Below, one piece after another: positions 1 through 9,226 of a stretch of 64,000 nt of DNA. The stretch is taken from IMG/VR virus record IMGVR_UViG_3300048919_000265; one strand, written 5' to 3'. The position numbers were made by a program, and so were the translations under genes. The notes beneath the pieces were generated by a model. That model saw only the letters and a program-made list of their open reading frames with translations, had not been told where the DNA came from and searched no databases. Source of the DNA: a virus. Positions within the stretch are counted from its first letter, which is position 1. Every line of letters starts with the position of its first letter.

Positions 1-37
1 TAAGAATATCATCGACTCTGTAGCTACTTTTATCCAT
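1..37 (-). CDS. 5' end of a hypothetical protein running off the window (MDKSSYRVDDIL...)
   Basis: ATG at 35-37 preceded on the minus strand by AGGAGGATTGTGAGG; frame stays open to the window edge. Confidence 0.5.
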   Translation of the reverse strand, partial: MDKSSYRVDDIL

Positions 38-108
38 CCTCACAATCCTCCTTTCTAGTTCTTTCACTCATAATGATCCTCCCAACTAAGAGAAAATTAT
101 CTCGACCT

Positions 109-225
109 CTAGTTCATCCACAGGCGAAAAACTATATACCATATTATAATAACTGATAAAATGGATATTGCGGTAGTGATTAAATACCAAATGCTACTGT
201 CCCTATCAAAATTAAACTTCTTCAT
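109..225 (-). CDS. Small single-TM peptide, 38 aa (MKKFNFDRDSSIWYLITTAISILSVIIIWYIVFRLWMN); not in the ORF track
   Basis: Hand-translated. RBS GGAGGG, ATGA overlap with the stop of 222..476, one hydrophobic helix. Confidence 0.6.
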   Translation of the reverse strand: MKKFNFDRDSSIWYLITTAISILSVIIIWYIVFRLWMN

Positions 226-476
226 TGTCGTCCCTCCAGCACAGAATAGAAGTATTCCCTATTATTCCACTCACTAAGTGCATATTCGAGCGAAGGAAGT
301 TCCCCATAAAGAGTTCGTTGTTCGGCTCTAAACTCCCTTAACCACCCTGGGTGTATGGAAGACCAAGGATCTTCCCCTGACATAAAAACTTGGTTATCGG
401 ATAATTCAGTCACTTCACATTTAAAACCTCTATAAGTCATAATAACTATCCTATGAATACAACTTCGTCGCTGCAT
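222..476 (-). CDS. Hypothetical protein, 84 aa (true start may be MTYRGF)
   Basis: ORF track; co-directional and packed against neighbours. Confidence 0.65.
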   Translation of the reverse strand: MQRRSCIHRIVIMTYRGFKCEVTELSDNQVFMSGEDPWSSIHPGWLREFRAEQRTLYGELPSLEYALSEWNNREYFYSVLEGRQ

Positions 477-879
477 AGTTTCTTAAAACCTTATCTGAAA
501 GAACTAACTTCAACATCAACTTACCATCGCAATCCAGAGACCCCAACATCTGATCTATTGCTTTAAGTTGCTGTTTCCTGTAATTTTGTGTCAGCCCATC
601 CAAAGTCGATACCTGATAACGACCACTAATAAATTCGATCAACTCTTTTGGCGCATTCTTCTGAACATCCTGTATTTCAATCAAATCCAGTGGAACATCT
701 TCCCCCGAAACTAGCCCTCCGCCCTCAGAATAAACCCACGGGCGTCGTTCTTCAAAATCTTCCAGTCTGACCCACCCAGTTTTTACTGACGCGTACCCCT
801 TACTGCTAGACACGAAACCAAGGTCTAAATAATCTTCGTTCAGATACTTAACATAAATAAGAATACTTTGCATTATCAT
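451..879 (-). CDS. Hypothetical protein, 142 aa
   Basis: ORF track; RBS GAGGA upstream. Confidence 0.75.
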   Translation of the reverse strand: MIMQSILIYVKYLNEDYLDLGFVSSSKGYASVKTGWVRLEDFEERRPWVYSEGGGLVSGEDVPLDLIEIQDVQKNAPKELIEFISGRYQVSTLDGLTQNYRKQQLKAIDQMLGSLDCDGKLMLKLVLSDKVLRNYAATKLYS

Positions 880-910
880 TCCTCATTGCTCTATAATCTT
901 TAAGTACGTG

Positions 911-1822
911 CTACTCCTTGCTATACTTATCAATAAAATCCTCTACCAATAACGATCTATCGTAGCCTACCATCGACTTATCCATCAAACCAGCTATTGT
1001 CTTAGCATATTTAGTATAGAGCGTAAAATCATTAACCTCTTTTTCATTCAAATATGAGTTTTCATACCCATAACCTATGCTTGCTACTTCATTAGTACGT
1101 AGAACTTTTGATTTGGAATTCGTAGCATACTCTGGTCCTTGAAAACACACATGAAGTCCCATGTCTTCAGAGTCTTCTAGGGGTACCGGGTTCATTCCGT
1201 AATCTGGTCTCCTATACACATTTCCGTGAACATCTTCGATATAAAGAATCTTATCATAGTCTAACTCTTCAAAGTTTAAAATTTGCTCTCGAACGAAACT
1301 AATGTGGTCTTCTTCCACAGAATTAAGACCAAACAGATTCATATCTGAAACTGTTGGTAATACATCCTTCTCTTTATCATTCGTGCGATGGTTAATAGTC
1401 TCGCTACCTAATTTGTGAATTACTGTACCTTCTTGTGGTATATAAAGTCCTGTAATTTCGGTATCGTACGGTAGTGTTCCAAAATCTAATGATACTTCTA
1501 CTACATCAATCAACAAACCTTCCTCTTTAGACCATTTATAATATCCAATGACCTCACCAGCACTGTTTAGATACTCCCCTTCACATGCTTTTCCTAAAGG
1601 TCCTTGTTTTTGCACTCTCTGTCTAAACACTCTGTGTGCACTAACTTTAACTTCTGTGCAGCCACCGAAAGGATCTTCTTTCAACACTATTACAGTACCA
1701 CTACGCATATCACTTGCGTCTGCCCAACCATAACTTATCATATCGTCTTTATCAAAATTATTACCTTCGAGAAAAGCAACATAAACCAAATTATCATAAT
1801 TCATATACAATCTCCTATTCAT
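911..1822 (-). CDS. Hypothetical acidic protein, 303 aa
   Basis: ORF track; no recognisable motif. Confidence 0.8.
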   Translation of the reverse strand: MNRRLYMNYDNLVYVAFLEGNNFDKDDMISYGWADASDMRSGTVIVLKEDPFGGCTEVKVSAHRVFRQRVQKQGPLGKACEGEYLNSAGEVIGYYKWSKEEGLLIDVVEVSLDFGTLPYDTEITGLYIPQEGTVIHKLGSETINHRTNDKEKDVLPTVSDMNLFGLNSVEEDHISFVREQILNFEELDYDKILYIEDVHGNVYRRPDYGMNPVPLEDSEDMGLHVCFQGPEYATNSKSKVLRTNEVASIGYGYENSYLNEKEVNDFTLYTKYAKTIAGLMDKSMVGYDRSLLVEDFIDKYSKE

Positions 1823-1993
1823 TTATTTTCTACGAACACCAGTCCTGGGAAGTAGTTACTTTTAAATACTATTTTCCCTAACCGTTTAAGGACAGTTTTT
1901 AATTTCCTTTATTTCTGTAAACTTAAATCCTAGTCTAAGTCTATTCATAACAAAGTTTGATGTAACCTTCAAATAATATCTTCAAATGTTTTA

Positions 1994-2089
1994 TCACATT
2001 TCTGTTTCCACTTCTTGGGAAACCCTTATCTTAACTAGGATTGCAATGGCTTGCAACCCTTCTAGGATTACTTCTATAAATAAAGGCAT
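1994..2089 (-). CDS. Small hydrophobic peptide, 31 aa (MPLFIEVILEGLQAIAILVKIRVSQEVETEM); not in the ORF track
   Basis: Hand-translated; RBS GAGGTG 4 nt before ATG. Confidence 0.45.
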   Translation of the reverse strand: MPLFIEVILEGLQAIAILVKIRVSQEVETEM

Positions 2090-2112
2090 TTTCACACCTC
2101 ACTTAAATTTAG

Positions 2113-2391
2113 TTATTTATTCTCGATACTTTTAAAGGAAACGGTTTCATCACGAGTCGGCGAAAATACAAAACGATCTCCATCTATGGTTTCCAAAACT
2201 ATAGTCCCCCAAGTGGTCTCATACAACTTATCTACTACCTGATTTTCCAATTTACTTTTTATTTGTTCCCCCAAATCGACAGAGCCACAAGTAGGGCATT
2301 TATGCTCTTTAGATTCTGTAATATAACGCACAAGAACTGAGTCTATCAACTCCGACGCTCCGCATTTAAAACACTTTACCACTCTCTCCAT
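2113..2391 (-). CDS. Zinc-ribbon protein, 92 aa
   Basis: CFKC ... CPTC cysteine pairs; RBS AGGGGA. Confidence 0.7.
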   Translation of the reverse strand: MERVVKCFKCGASELIDSVLVRYITESKEHKCPTCGSVDLGEQIKSKLENQVVDKLYETTWGTIVLETIDGDRFVFSPTRDETVSFKSIENK

Positions 2392-2414
2392 CTTTCATAT
2401 CCCCTATCATAAAT

Positions 2415-2436
2415 TATGTACGCTGATTGCTCAGCG
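2415..2436 (-). promoter_or_regulatory. Hairpin + TACATA motif, copy A
   Basis: Minus strand CGCTGA-GCAA-TCAGCG then TACATA; 23 nt before the ATG at 2391. Confidence 0.6.
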
Positions 2437-2442
2437 AGTGAT

Positions 2443-2793
2443 TCATTCATACCCGAAACTCGACATACTCTCCAACATATTTTCTAACTTCTGCACCTCA
2501 GATTTTTTGGTTTCCAAGGTTTCTTTTAAAATGCTAACTCTGTCATTCACTAATTTAAAAGCTGCATCGTACTCACTGCGCTCATACTCATACAAAAGTT
2601 CCTTACCCCAAAAAACATTCATTACAACCTTATAGTAAAATCTATCCGCCTCGAAAGAAAAGGCATATTCTTTATCCATCCCACCATACACTATTTCCAC
2701 AATATTTCCCTCATGACGGTCCCCATAAATCTTTTGAACAACAAAACATAGCTCTTTCTCCATTGCCTGTCTCTCCCTTATTTGAGTTTCCAA
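2443..2793 (-). CDS. Hypothetical protein with C-terminal coiled coil, 116 aa
   Basis: ORF track; heptad-like LKETLETKKSEVQKLENMLE. Confidence 0.7.
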   Translation of the reverse strand: METQIRERQAMEKELCFVVQKIYGDRHEGNIVEIVYGGMDKEYAFSFEADRFYYKVVMNVFWGKELLYEYERSEYDAAFKLVNDRVSILKETLETKKSEVQKLENMLESMSSFGYE

Positions 2794-2796
2794 ATA

Positions 2797-3033
2797 TTAA
2801 TTTTTACGGAGCTTAATAACTTTATTCGTTTCCTTACCACAACTTCTTCTGTCCCAATCAAGAAAAAGAAACATTACCCCAGAAAGTACTGCTAAGCATG
2901 CCGGAAAGATCAACACAAAAATAGACAAAAGCCAAAAAGTCGACAACGTATCCGAGAAAAACGAAAACACTAACATACTCAACTGTATCCAAAGAAGCAA
3001 TGACCAAACCAACACCGCACTAGGAATTCTCAA
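2797..3033 (-). CDS. Small two-TM membrane protein, 78 aa
   Basis: Two hydrophobic segments and a basic tail. Confidence 0.7.
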   Translation of the reverse strand: MRIPSAVLVWSLLLWIQLSMLVFSFFSDTLSTFWLLSIFVLIFPACLAVLSGVMFLFLDWDRRSCGKETNKVIKLRKN

Positions 3034-3037
3034 ACTC

Positions 3038-3340
3038 TCATCTCCCTAACTCTTCATTTGTGATTAATATACTAACTCCATCAATACCCACAACCATAAT
3101 CCCTTCTTCTACTTCAACAAAGGTTGTCTGTTTCTTGATCTCTTTCCTTTTAATTCTTACTACAGAACTCTTAATTTCACCTGCCCAACAAAGCAAACCT
3201 AAATAAATTATTAGCGCAACAACCGCGCTAATAATCAATGCAAACACAAAATTCCATTTCGTTAATTCATCAATAAATGCCAGAGAAGTAACAAACATAC
3301 TACTCCATAGGTACAAAATATAACCGCACGTACCTTTCAT
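3038..3340 (-). CDS. Small two-TM membrane protein, 100 aa
   Basis: Hydrophobic N-terminal half; RBS AGGAGG. Confidence 0.7.
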   Translation of the reverse strand: MKGTCGYILYLWSSMFVTSLAFIDELTKWNFVFALIISAVVALIIYLGLLCWAGEIKSSVVRIKRKEIKKQTTFVEVEEGIMVVGIDGVSILITNEELGR

Positions 3341-3351
3341 CCCAATTCCTC

Positions 3352-3855
3352 CTAATCGAGATCTAACGCTTCCATTTCTTCCTGTCCTTCTTCCTCCACG
3401 TCCTCAACAAAACCACACATAGCTAGCATCCCTTTATCTCCCAAAACCCTAATACTATCTGACAAGATTCTTCTTAGCTCCGATCCCTGCACATTCAATC
3501 CTTGTTCAGTCAGACCAATACTATAATTGTCCATCCCTTCCAATGCACGCAACACCCCGACTACAAAACTTGCTGTAAAGTCCCACGCTAAATCGTCAAA
3601 TGCCAACAGTACCCTATCATTCACTATCAAATTCCTATTAACAAATTGATAGAGTTTTACTGCTGCTTCTTTCGCAACTACAGAATCCTTAATCTCTTCG
3701 CCTGTAGTCTTATACACCTTAATTGCGCTTTCATAATGAGTATAATAATTCTTCATATGACCTCTCTGCAATGCGACCACAGATGCGCGCTTATTTTTAA
3801 AGCCATCCGAAAAATTTAAAACAACCGCCATTACCACCACTCCTTTTCGCTGCAA
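3352..3855 (-). CDS. Hypothetical protein (probable start MAVVLN at 3831)
   Basis: ORF track; AAGGAG upstream of the ATG at 3831. Confidence 0.75.
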   Translation of the reverse strand: MQRKGVVVMAVVLNFSDGFKNKRASVVALQRGHMKNYYTHYESAIKVYKTTGEEIKDSVVAKEAAVKLYQFVNRNLIVNDRVLLAFDDLAWDFTASFVVGVLRALEGMDNYSIGLTEQGLNVQGSELRRILSDSIRVLGDKGMLAMCGFVEDVEEEGQEEMEALDLD

Positions 3856-3860
3856 CTACA

Positions 3861-3883
3861 TATGTACTGGGAGAGTCTCCCAG
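3861..3883 (-). promoter_or_regulatory. Hairpin + TACATA motif, copy B
   Basis: Minus strand CTGGGAG-ACT-CTCCCAG then TACATA; 29 nt before the ATG at 3831. Confidence 0.6.
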
Positions 3884-3955
3884 CTTCTTACCCAGCCTAA
3901 TAAGGCAACCTATCTTTTCACCTTAATATAAACTAACTCCACTTTAATCTACGGT

Positions 3956-4561
3956 TTAAGATTTTCCATCTTCTAAATAAAACACATTACACACTGGCTC
4001 TAACTTAAGGGCTATATTATTACTACCAGTCTCTTGTCTCGTGACAAGTCTACACAACCCGTGTACTGAGTGAATAAGATGCACCTTCCTAACTTCCCTA
4101 ATTCCCCTTTGGTAGAAATCAAAGAATTTAGACGTTCTAAACTCTACGTTCTCTACAAAAGCAGCAACCTGCAATTGCTCTGTAGAAAAGCGCTCTGACA
4201 CAATTTTAGCCAATTTACTTAAAGATTCATCCAGATTAGCATTAAATACTTCAAACTCCATATTAACCTCAGAGTCGTCAATATCGATAACCGTTAAATC
4301 CCCTACATGTAATTGAACATAACCATAAATCTTAGGATTAAACCTCAGCATTTTATCATTTAACTCTAAGGTCCCTCTAACATACCCATGTCCTGAATTC
4401 TTTAAGAGCTTCTCATTTTCTGGAGTAGCTTCTACATAATACACTCCACCTTGTTTTATCATAGTGACCACTTCTTTTGACTGGTTAAAACAAAGTAAGC
4501 GTGGTTCCTCTAATACTTCCGAGTCTCCCATATTAACCAACATAAGATACTGTTTAAGCAC
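3956..4561 (-). CDS. Hypothetical protein, 201 aa
   Basis: ORF track; RBS AGGAGG. Confidence 0.8.
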   Translation of the reverse strand: MLKQYLMLVNMGDSEVLEEPRLLCFNQSKEVVTMIKQGGVYYVEATPENEKLLKNSGHGYVRGTLELNDKMLRFNPKIYGYVQLHVGDLTVIDIDDSEVNMEFEVFNANLDESLSKLAKIVSERFSTEQLQVAAFVENVEFRTSKFFDFYQRGIREVRKVHLIHSVHGLCRLVTRQETGSNNIALKLEPVCNVFYLEDGKS

Positions 4562-4597
4562 TTACTATTCCTCCTATAAATATGATACACAACTATG

Positions 4598-4819
4598 CTA
4601 ATTCTCTCTGCGCGAAAGAACAATCAAATTACTTCCAGAATGCTCTTCCTTTCTAGTTGCAATGTCAAACATTCGTTCGATGCTTTCTAATTCGTTTTGT
4701 GCTACAAGATAGGAAGCATAGCTTGATACAGCTTTCTTTTGTTCGGGTGTGAGTTTTTCAAACACTTTGCTGAACTCGTTAATATTCATTTGGAGCACCT
4801 CCGAAGGATCGTATTTCAT
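4598..4819 (-). CDS. Hypothetical helical protein, 73 aa
   Basis: ORF track. Confidence 0.6.
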   Translation of the reverse strand: MKYDPSEVLQMNINEFSKVFEKLTPEQKKAVSSYASYLVAQNELESIERMFDIATRKEEHSGSNLIVLSRREN

Positions 4820-4875
4820 ATTAAGGTAACAAAACTACTTCCTACCATATCACCCCTCTACCTTAATAGACGCTG

Positions 4876-4903
4876 GGGAATAGCCACAGTCTTGGCTATT
4901 CCC
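4876..4903 (-). terminator. 11-bp inverted repeat, terminator-like but without a U tract
   Basis: GGGAATAGCCA-N6-TGGCTATTCCC overlapping the stop of 4896..5207. Confidence 0.4.
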
Positions 4904-5207
4904 TTGTAGTAAAACTTGCAACGAGGTACTTATAAACCCCTTGTTCCTGCGCTTCTTTAATGACTTCCTCGACCCATGAAACCTCTTCCTTAATGATGGA
5001 GGCAATCAATGAAACGTCTTCACCTTTGCGATGCATGTAGCAAATAAAGCCAGCAACAGAATGAGGACCTGCATAAAAATACTCAGTAGCTTGTGCTGTT
5101 GTAATTTCCTTCTCTTTCATACCTCTATCACTACTGGCTTGTGTAACACCTTCCTTTTTCGGTACACTGCCGCCTTTAGCTTTACCAAATCTCTCCATCA
5201 AATTCAT
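4896..5207 (-). CDS. Hypothetical protein, 103 aa
   Basis: ORF track; ATGA overlap with the upstream gene, RBS GGAGG. Confidence 0.75.
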   Translation of the reverse strand: MNLMERFGKAKGGSVPKKEGVTQASSDRGMKEKEITTAQATEYFYAGPHSVAGFICYMHRKGEDVSLIASIIKEEVSWVEEVIKEAQEQGVYKYLVASFTTRE

Positions 5208-6247
5208 GTTGATTCCTCCTGTCCAGTCATCATTCTATTTAAAATATCAGATGCATCTGACATTATTTCTTCGGTATCATCGGTGTCTTTCATACTATCT
5301 GTAATCAGAGAGGTAAGACTCTCGACAACCTCAGAATCGTTACGTTTACCACTAAACAACATGCTTTTAGCACCACCAACTACCTCCAATAAACGATCCT
5401 TAATACTATTATCTCCCAATTCCCCATGTTCAGTGTTATAAAAGCCCACTAGCATGCTCATCGTCAGATAGGGCTCCAGTAACGTAGATTTCAGCAGAAC
5501 AGTAACGATCTTATATGTGATCAAAAACACTAACAAAGTCTTAGCACCAGAAGACCACAACATTACAATTGCACTAATAACAATCACACTATGTAACACC
5601 CACGAAAACAACTTCAACCAAAGCGTGCTAAAGAATGCTGACTTTAATACAGTTTTCCAGCTCTTAAAATAGAGTTGAACTCCTTCTACAATGCCTTCCC
5701 ACGCACTTAAGTCAGGATTACGATACATATGACTTACAACTATCTCATCCACATGGAATAAAACTGTCTTGACTACAGTTTTAAAAAGAGTAACCAGCAT
5801 ACCCTTTTTAAAAATCTCTGGAACAAAGGTTGCTTTGTCTACAACCCATTCAGACGCTTTTGTAAAGGCAGCTCTCATAACCGCATCCGCCAGGGACATA
5901 GCTGACACCGAACCGAATCGTTTCAGCATTTCTTTGAAACCAAAACTAAGACTAGCTGCTTTAACATCACCGCTATTCAAAAGCTCTGTTGCACTTGCCA
6001 CCTGTGCATACTTTATTAGGTGCCCTAAAAACTTTCTGGCCAACTCAATATAAATAATAAAAACAACCAAGCCAATATAACCAAACATAATATCAGCTAT
6101 CAGTAAACCTTCCAACCCCGTCAATTTCCTGAAGAATGATACTCCCCATCTAATCGCATAAAACCCAGGAATTATTGCAGCCAAGTTAACCACTAACCGC
6201 AAGATCAAAAATTGATACGTCAAACACATCAACCTAAAGGCTCCCAT
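5204..6247 (-). CDS. Multi-pass membrane protein of unknown function, 347 aa
   Basis: Several TM segments; internal HVDE...YRNP...AWEG...GVQLY stretch; acidic C-terminal tail. Confidence 0.8.
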   Translation of the reverse strand: MGAFRLMCLTYQFLILRLVVNLAAIIPGFYAIRWGVSFFRKLTGLEGLLIADIMFGYIGLVVFIIYIELARKFLGHLIKYAQVASATELLNSGDVKAASLSFGFKEMLKRFGSVSAMSLADAVMRAAFTKASEWVVDKATFVPEIFKKGMLVTLFKTVVKTVLFHVDEIVVSHMYRNPDLSAWEGIVEGVQLYFKSWKTVLKSAFFSTLWLKLFSWVLHSVIVISAIVMLWSSGAKTLLVFLITYKIVTVLLKSTLLEPYLTMSMLVGFYNTEHGELGDNSIKDRLLEVVGGAKSMLFSGKRNDSEVVESLTSLITDSMKDTDDTEEIMSDASDILNRMMTGQEEST

Positions 6248-6912
6248 TACCTCTCCTCATTCCGATCAATAAAATGATACAAAAATTTCAACCCTTTTAA
6301 TGTCTCCAATAATTCAGATAAGCTAGCGTAATCAGACTCTAAATAATACTTATATTCTGGTCCAAAATGAGCCAGAAATTCGGTCGCAGAGAAACTAAAT
6401 GATTTAGTGAAAAACTCCATATAAACTCTGCCCTTAAAGTTAGTACCTTTACTCACATCAGTACACTTATCATAAACTTTTACGCGATTGATATGCAAAT
6501 AACTAGACTTCACAAGATCCAAGGGAACAGCCAACCTCAGATCCATTTCTATCTTCTGTGCAGATGACAACTTCCCAATATATTCATCCAACTGTGCCCG
6601 ACTAATACTAATCAACTGCTCAAAATGAATTTTAGATGAAGGATCCCAGGTCTCGCCAGATGCTAAATCATTTACATTTGTAACCTCCTGCAGAAAAGGA
6701 TATGCTTTCTTATCAGCAGAAGAAACTGGAGCAACAATCAAAATCGGAGAATTCATTCCAAAATTAGATTGACAAACTACACACGGACGACGTCCACTCT
6801 GAACGCTACCATGCTTATCTCTCGGCAACTTTACGTACCATAAATTTCCTTTACCAGTGTAATTAACATCATAACGCATTGTACTTGGTACTACACCTCT
6901 AATTGTGCTCAT
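6247..6912 (-). CDS. mazF: PemK/MazF-family endoribonuclease toxin with ~90-aa C-terminal extension
   Basis: LWYVKLP...GSVQSGRRPCVVCQSN...SPILIVAPVSS...KIHFEQLISIS...YIGKLS follows the B. subtilis MazF (EndoA) pattern GSEQGGVRPVLVIQN...SPTAIVAAIT. Confidence 0.85.
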   Translation of the reverse strand: MSTIRGVVPSTMRYDVNYTGKGNLWYVKLPRDKHGSVQSGRRPCVVCQSNFGMNSPILIVAPVSSADKKAYPFLQEVTNVNDLASGETWDPSSKIHFEQLISISRAQLDEYIGKLSSAQKIEMDLRLAVPLDLVKSSYLHINRVKVYDKCTDVSKGTNFKGRVYMEFFTKSFSFSATEFLAHFGPEYKYYLESDYASLSELLETLKGLKFLYHFIDRNEER

Positions 6913-6928
6913 ATCTCATCAACTCCTA

Positions 6929-7297
6929 CTATTTAACCTTTACCTTTATTCCTGATCCTTCGAACACGACATCAACCAACATAGATAAAAACTCTCGTGT
7001 AAAACCTTCAATCACCAATAAATAAAAAGGGATATACAAATTCTTAATCCCTTTAGTTTTACAATATTTTACTAATTCTAGAAACATAAACTTAAGGTCA
7101 TTACCTGCTAATTTTCGAAATCTGCGTCTTTTATAAACAACTGTCAACACTCTTTCTCGCATAGAGAAAAAGGGAGTAGTTTTAATCTTAAGTTCGTGCA
7201 GATAAGTCGCGTACTCCCTCCGCATCAACTCTCTGTGTTCTGGACCAAGTCCCTTTTTCCTATGCGTAATAAAATTAACTAAAACCAGGTCCTCCAT
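6929..7297 (-). CDS. Degenerate macrodomain-like protein (TARG1-type fold, Gly loop lost), 122 aa
   Basis: C-terminal LVKYCKTKGIKNLYIP...REFLSMLVDVVFEGSGIKVKV resembles the TARG1/OARD1 end (HCLKNGVTDLSMPRIGCG...IEEVFEATDIKITVY). Confidence 0.5.
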   Translation of the reverse strand: MEDLVLVNFITHRKKGLGPEHRELMRREYATYLHELKIKTTPFFSMRERVLTVVYKRRRFRKLAGNDLKFMFLELVKYCKTKGIKNLYIPFYLLVIEGFTREFLSMLVDVVFEGSGIKVKVK

Positions 7298-7305
7298 AAC
7301 TCCTC

Positions 7306-7512
7306 CTATAAAAAGAACCGATACCTCTTATCAACTGCCACACGTAAATCCAGAATCTCTCCCTGAATTCCCGACAAATGATAAAACACACCATTCCTAT
7401 TTCTTACATTCAAACTATAAATTCTCATTAAATTCTTAGAATACCCTTGAGCTTGCCGTAAATATTTTAAGTATAGTAATTGCTTGGTGTACCGCGATAA
7501 GGTGACTTCCAA
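7306..7512 (-). CDS. Small basic hypothetical protein; start uncertain
   Basis: ORF track; frame stays open upstream to about 7600 with no canonical start. Confidence 0.5.
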   Translation of the reverse strand: MEVTLSRYTKQLLYLKYLRQAQGYSKNLMRIYSLNVRNRNGVFYHLSGIQGEILDLRVAVDKRYRFFL

Positions 7513-7604
7513 CCCTATGCGTCCGACTGCTAGTACTTCCAGCCATCGCTTTACTTCCTCTGCAAAAGTCCCTAACTGAAATAATAAATAGCAATACCTA
7601 TCTC

Positions 7605-8933
7605 CTAATACTTATAATTAAAATGAGGATTAGAAGTAAACATGATATCAGGCAACTTACCTTCGACACCTGTTATATGCTTATAACTGATCCAAGATTT
7701 TTCATTATCAAACCCAAGGGCTTTCATCAAGCCATCAGACTGATCGATAATCTTATTAACTGCCCGGTGTCCTAGTTGTATCTTTGAGAACTCTTTAAAT
7801 GTAACATCGCTCTCAATAGCATTCGCTCTAAGTTCAAGCAGCCACTCTTGAACTTTACTAGCAACTAATTTATAATCCAAGTCTTCTACCTTTTCATTGA
7901 CACAAAGTAATTCCATTCTCAAAGCAGAATAGTAATCAACAACAAGTCCATATCTGTTCTCCATATCCCAAATCACACTACTAACACTAAGAACATGACT
8001 CAAATCAAGAACCACGAATCTGCTGTCCGCTTTAGTAAACCTAACGTACAAACGCCTTAGATCTTCCTCATAAACTTCACGAGATTGATCATTCGTAACC
8101 TTTTGCAAACCATAGCCATTGGGTGCAGCATCAAAATCCTGCAAACTCAAATACGCTAATAAATCTCTGTGCTCTACAGAGCCTTTTTCTCCTTCGTCAT
8201 AGAAATTACGCAATTTGTCTAAATAATGGGCATAAAGTCCTTTATAACTATCTGAACAAAACTGTGTAAATGAAACTTCTTCAAGGCCTTCTTGAGAAAG
8301 ATATAATTTAGACCAAAATAAACTTAATAAAAGCTCCCACTCCCGTACTATACGCACATGACCTATATAAACTATTCCAAAAACATCTTTCAAATCTTCA
8401 GTTAGTTCGTTATTAGTCATCTGACCATATGTTAACTTCTGTAAAAACCTAAAGTCTTCTGCATATGCACGTAACAATTCTTTGTCTTCCCATAACACAT
8501 AATTTACTGGCCTAGGTTGGGGCTTCCCCACCACCAATGACATTCGATCATCAAAAGATTCCATTCCTGCTACATTAAGACTCTTTTGATTATCTACATT
8601 TTTAAGTGATCTCGCCTGAGATAGCTCTGTCAATGCTTGCACATAAATATCTTTAGAGAAAAATGGAAATTCAGAAACCAAGTAATCTCCGATTTCAACA
8701 AGATCAACACGTGTAGTTTGTTTACCCACAATGAAATCAGCTATCACACGCTTTATGAAAATAAGCAACATCCTTCTTAATTCCTTACTTTTATAAATAC
8801 CCTCATTCCCAGGAGTCTTATTATACTTATAAGACTCCTTAACAGGAACTAAATAATACCCTGTACCATATCCAGTAATATGAAAGCCATATGGAGCTTC
8901 CACAGGGAAAACTTTAGTGAACACTGAACTCAT
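7605..8933 (-). CDS. Hypothetical protein, 442 aa
   Basis: Long ORF; RBS AGGAGG; no recognised motif. Confidence 0.85.
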   Translation of the reverse strand: MSSVFTKVFPVEAPYGFHITGYGTGYYLVPVKESYKYNKTPGNEGIYKSKELRRMLLIFIKRVIADFIVGKQTTRVDLVEIGDYLVSEFPFFSKDIYVQALTELSQARSLKNVDNQKSLNVAGMESFDDRMSLVVGKPQPRPVNYVLWEDKELLRAYAEDFRFLQKLTYGQMTNNELTEDLKDVFGIVYIGHVRIVREWELLLSLFWSKLYLSQEGLEEVSFTQFCSDSYKGLYAHYLDKLRNFYDEGEKGSVEHRDLLAYLSLQDFDAAPNGYGLQKVTNDQSREVYEEDLRRLYVRFTKADSRFVVLDLSHVLSVSSVIWDMENRYGLVVDYYSALRMELLCVNEKVEDLDYKLVASKVQEWLLELRANAIESDVTFKEFSKIQLGHRAVNKIIDQSDGLMKALGFDNEKSWISYKHITGVEGKLPDIMFTSNPHFNYKY

Positions 8934-8944
8934 TGACAGACCTC

Positions 8945-9223
8945 CTACAGACCTGACCAGATTTTAAAATCATACCACTTGTCGTAAATCCAATCCTGCA
9001 CACCAGATATTGTCTGATTTCCTTCAACAACCCGGTTAAATTCGTTATCAGCGTTATCTCCGAGAACTGTTGTTGAATCCCACACATTATGCCATAATAA
9101 ATAAATACAAACTATGACAGCAACAACGCCAATAATTCCTCGAATCACTCCAGAAAAATATCTTAATACCAGCATAGCTGCACAAGCTATCGCAATAATA
9201 AGCACTATCCCTGTAATATCCAT
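8945..9223 (-). CDS. Small two-TM membrane protein, 92 aa
   Basis: Two N-terminal TM helices. Confidence 0.75.
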   Translation of the reverse strand: MDITGIVLIIAIACAAMLVLRYFSGVIRGIIGVVAVIVCIYLLWHNVWDSTTVLGDNADNEFNRVVEGNQTISGVQDWIYDKWYDFKIWSGL

Positions 9224-9226
9224 AAC

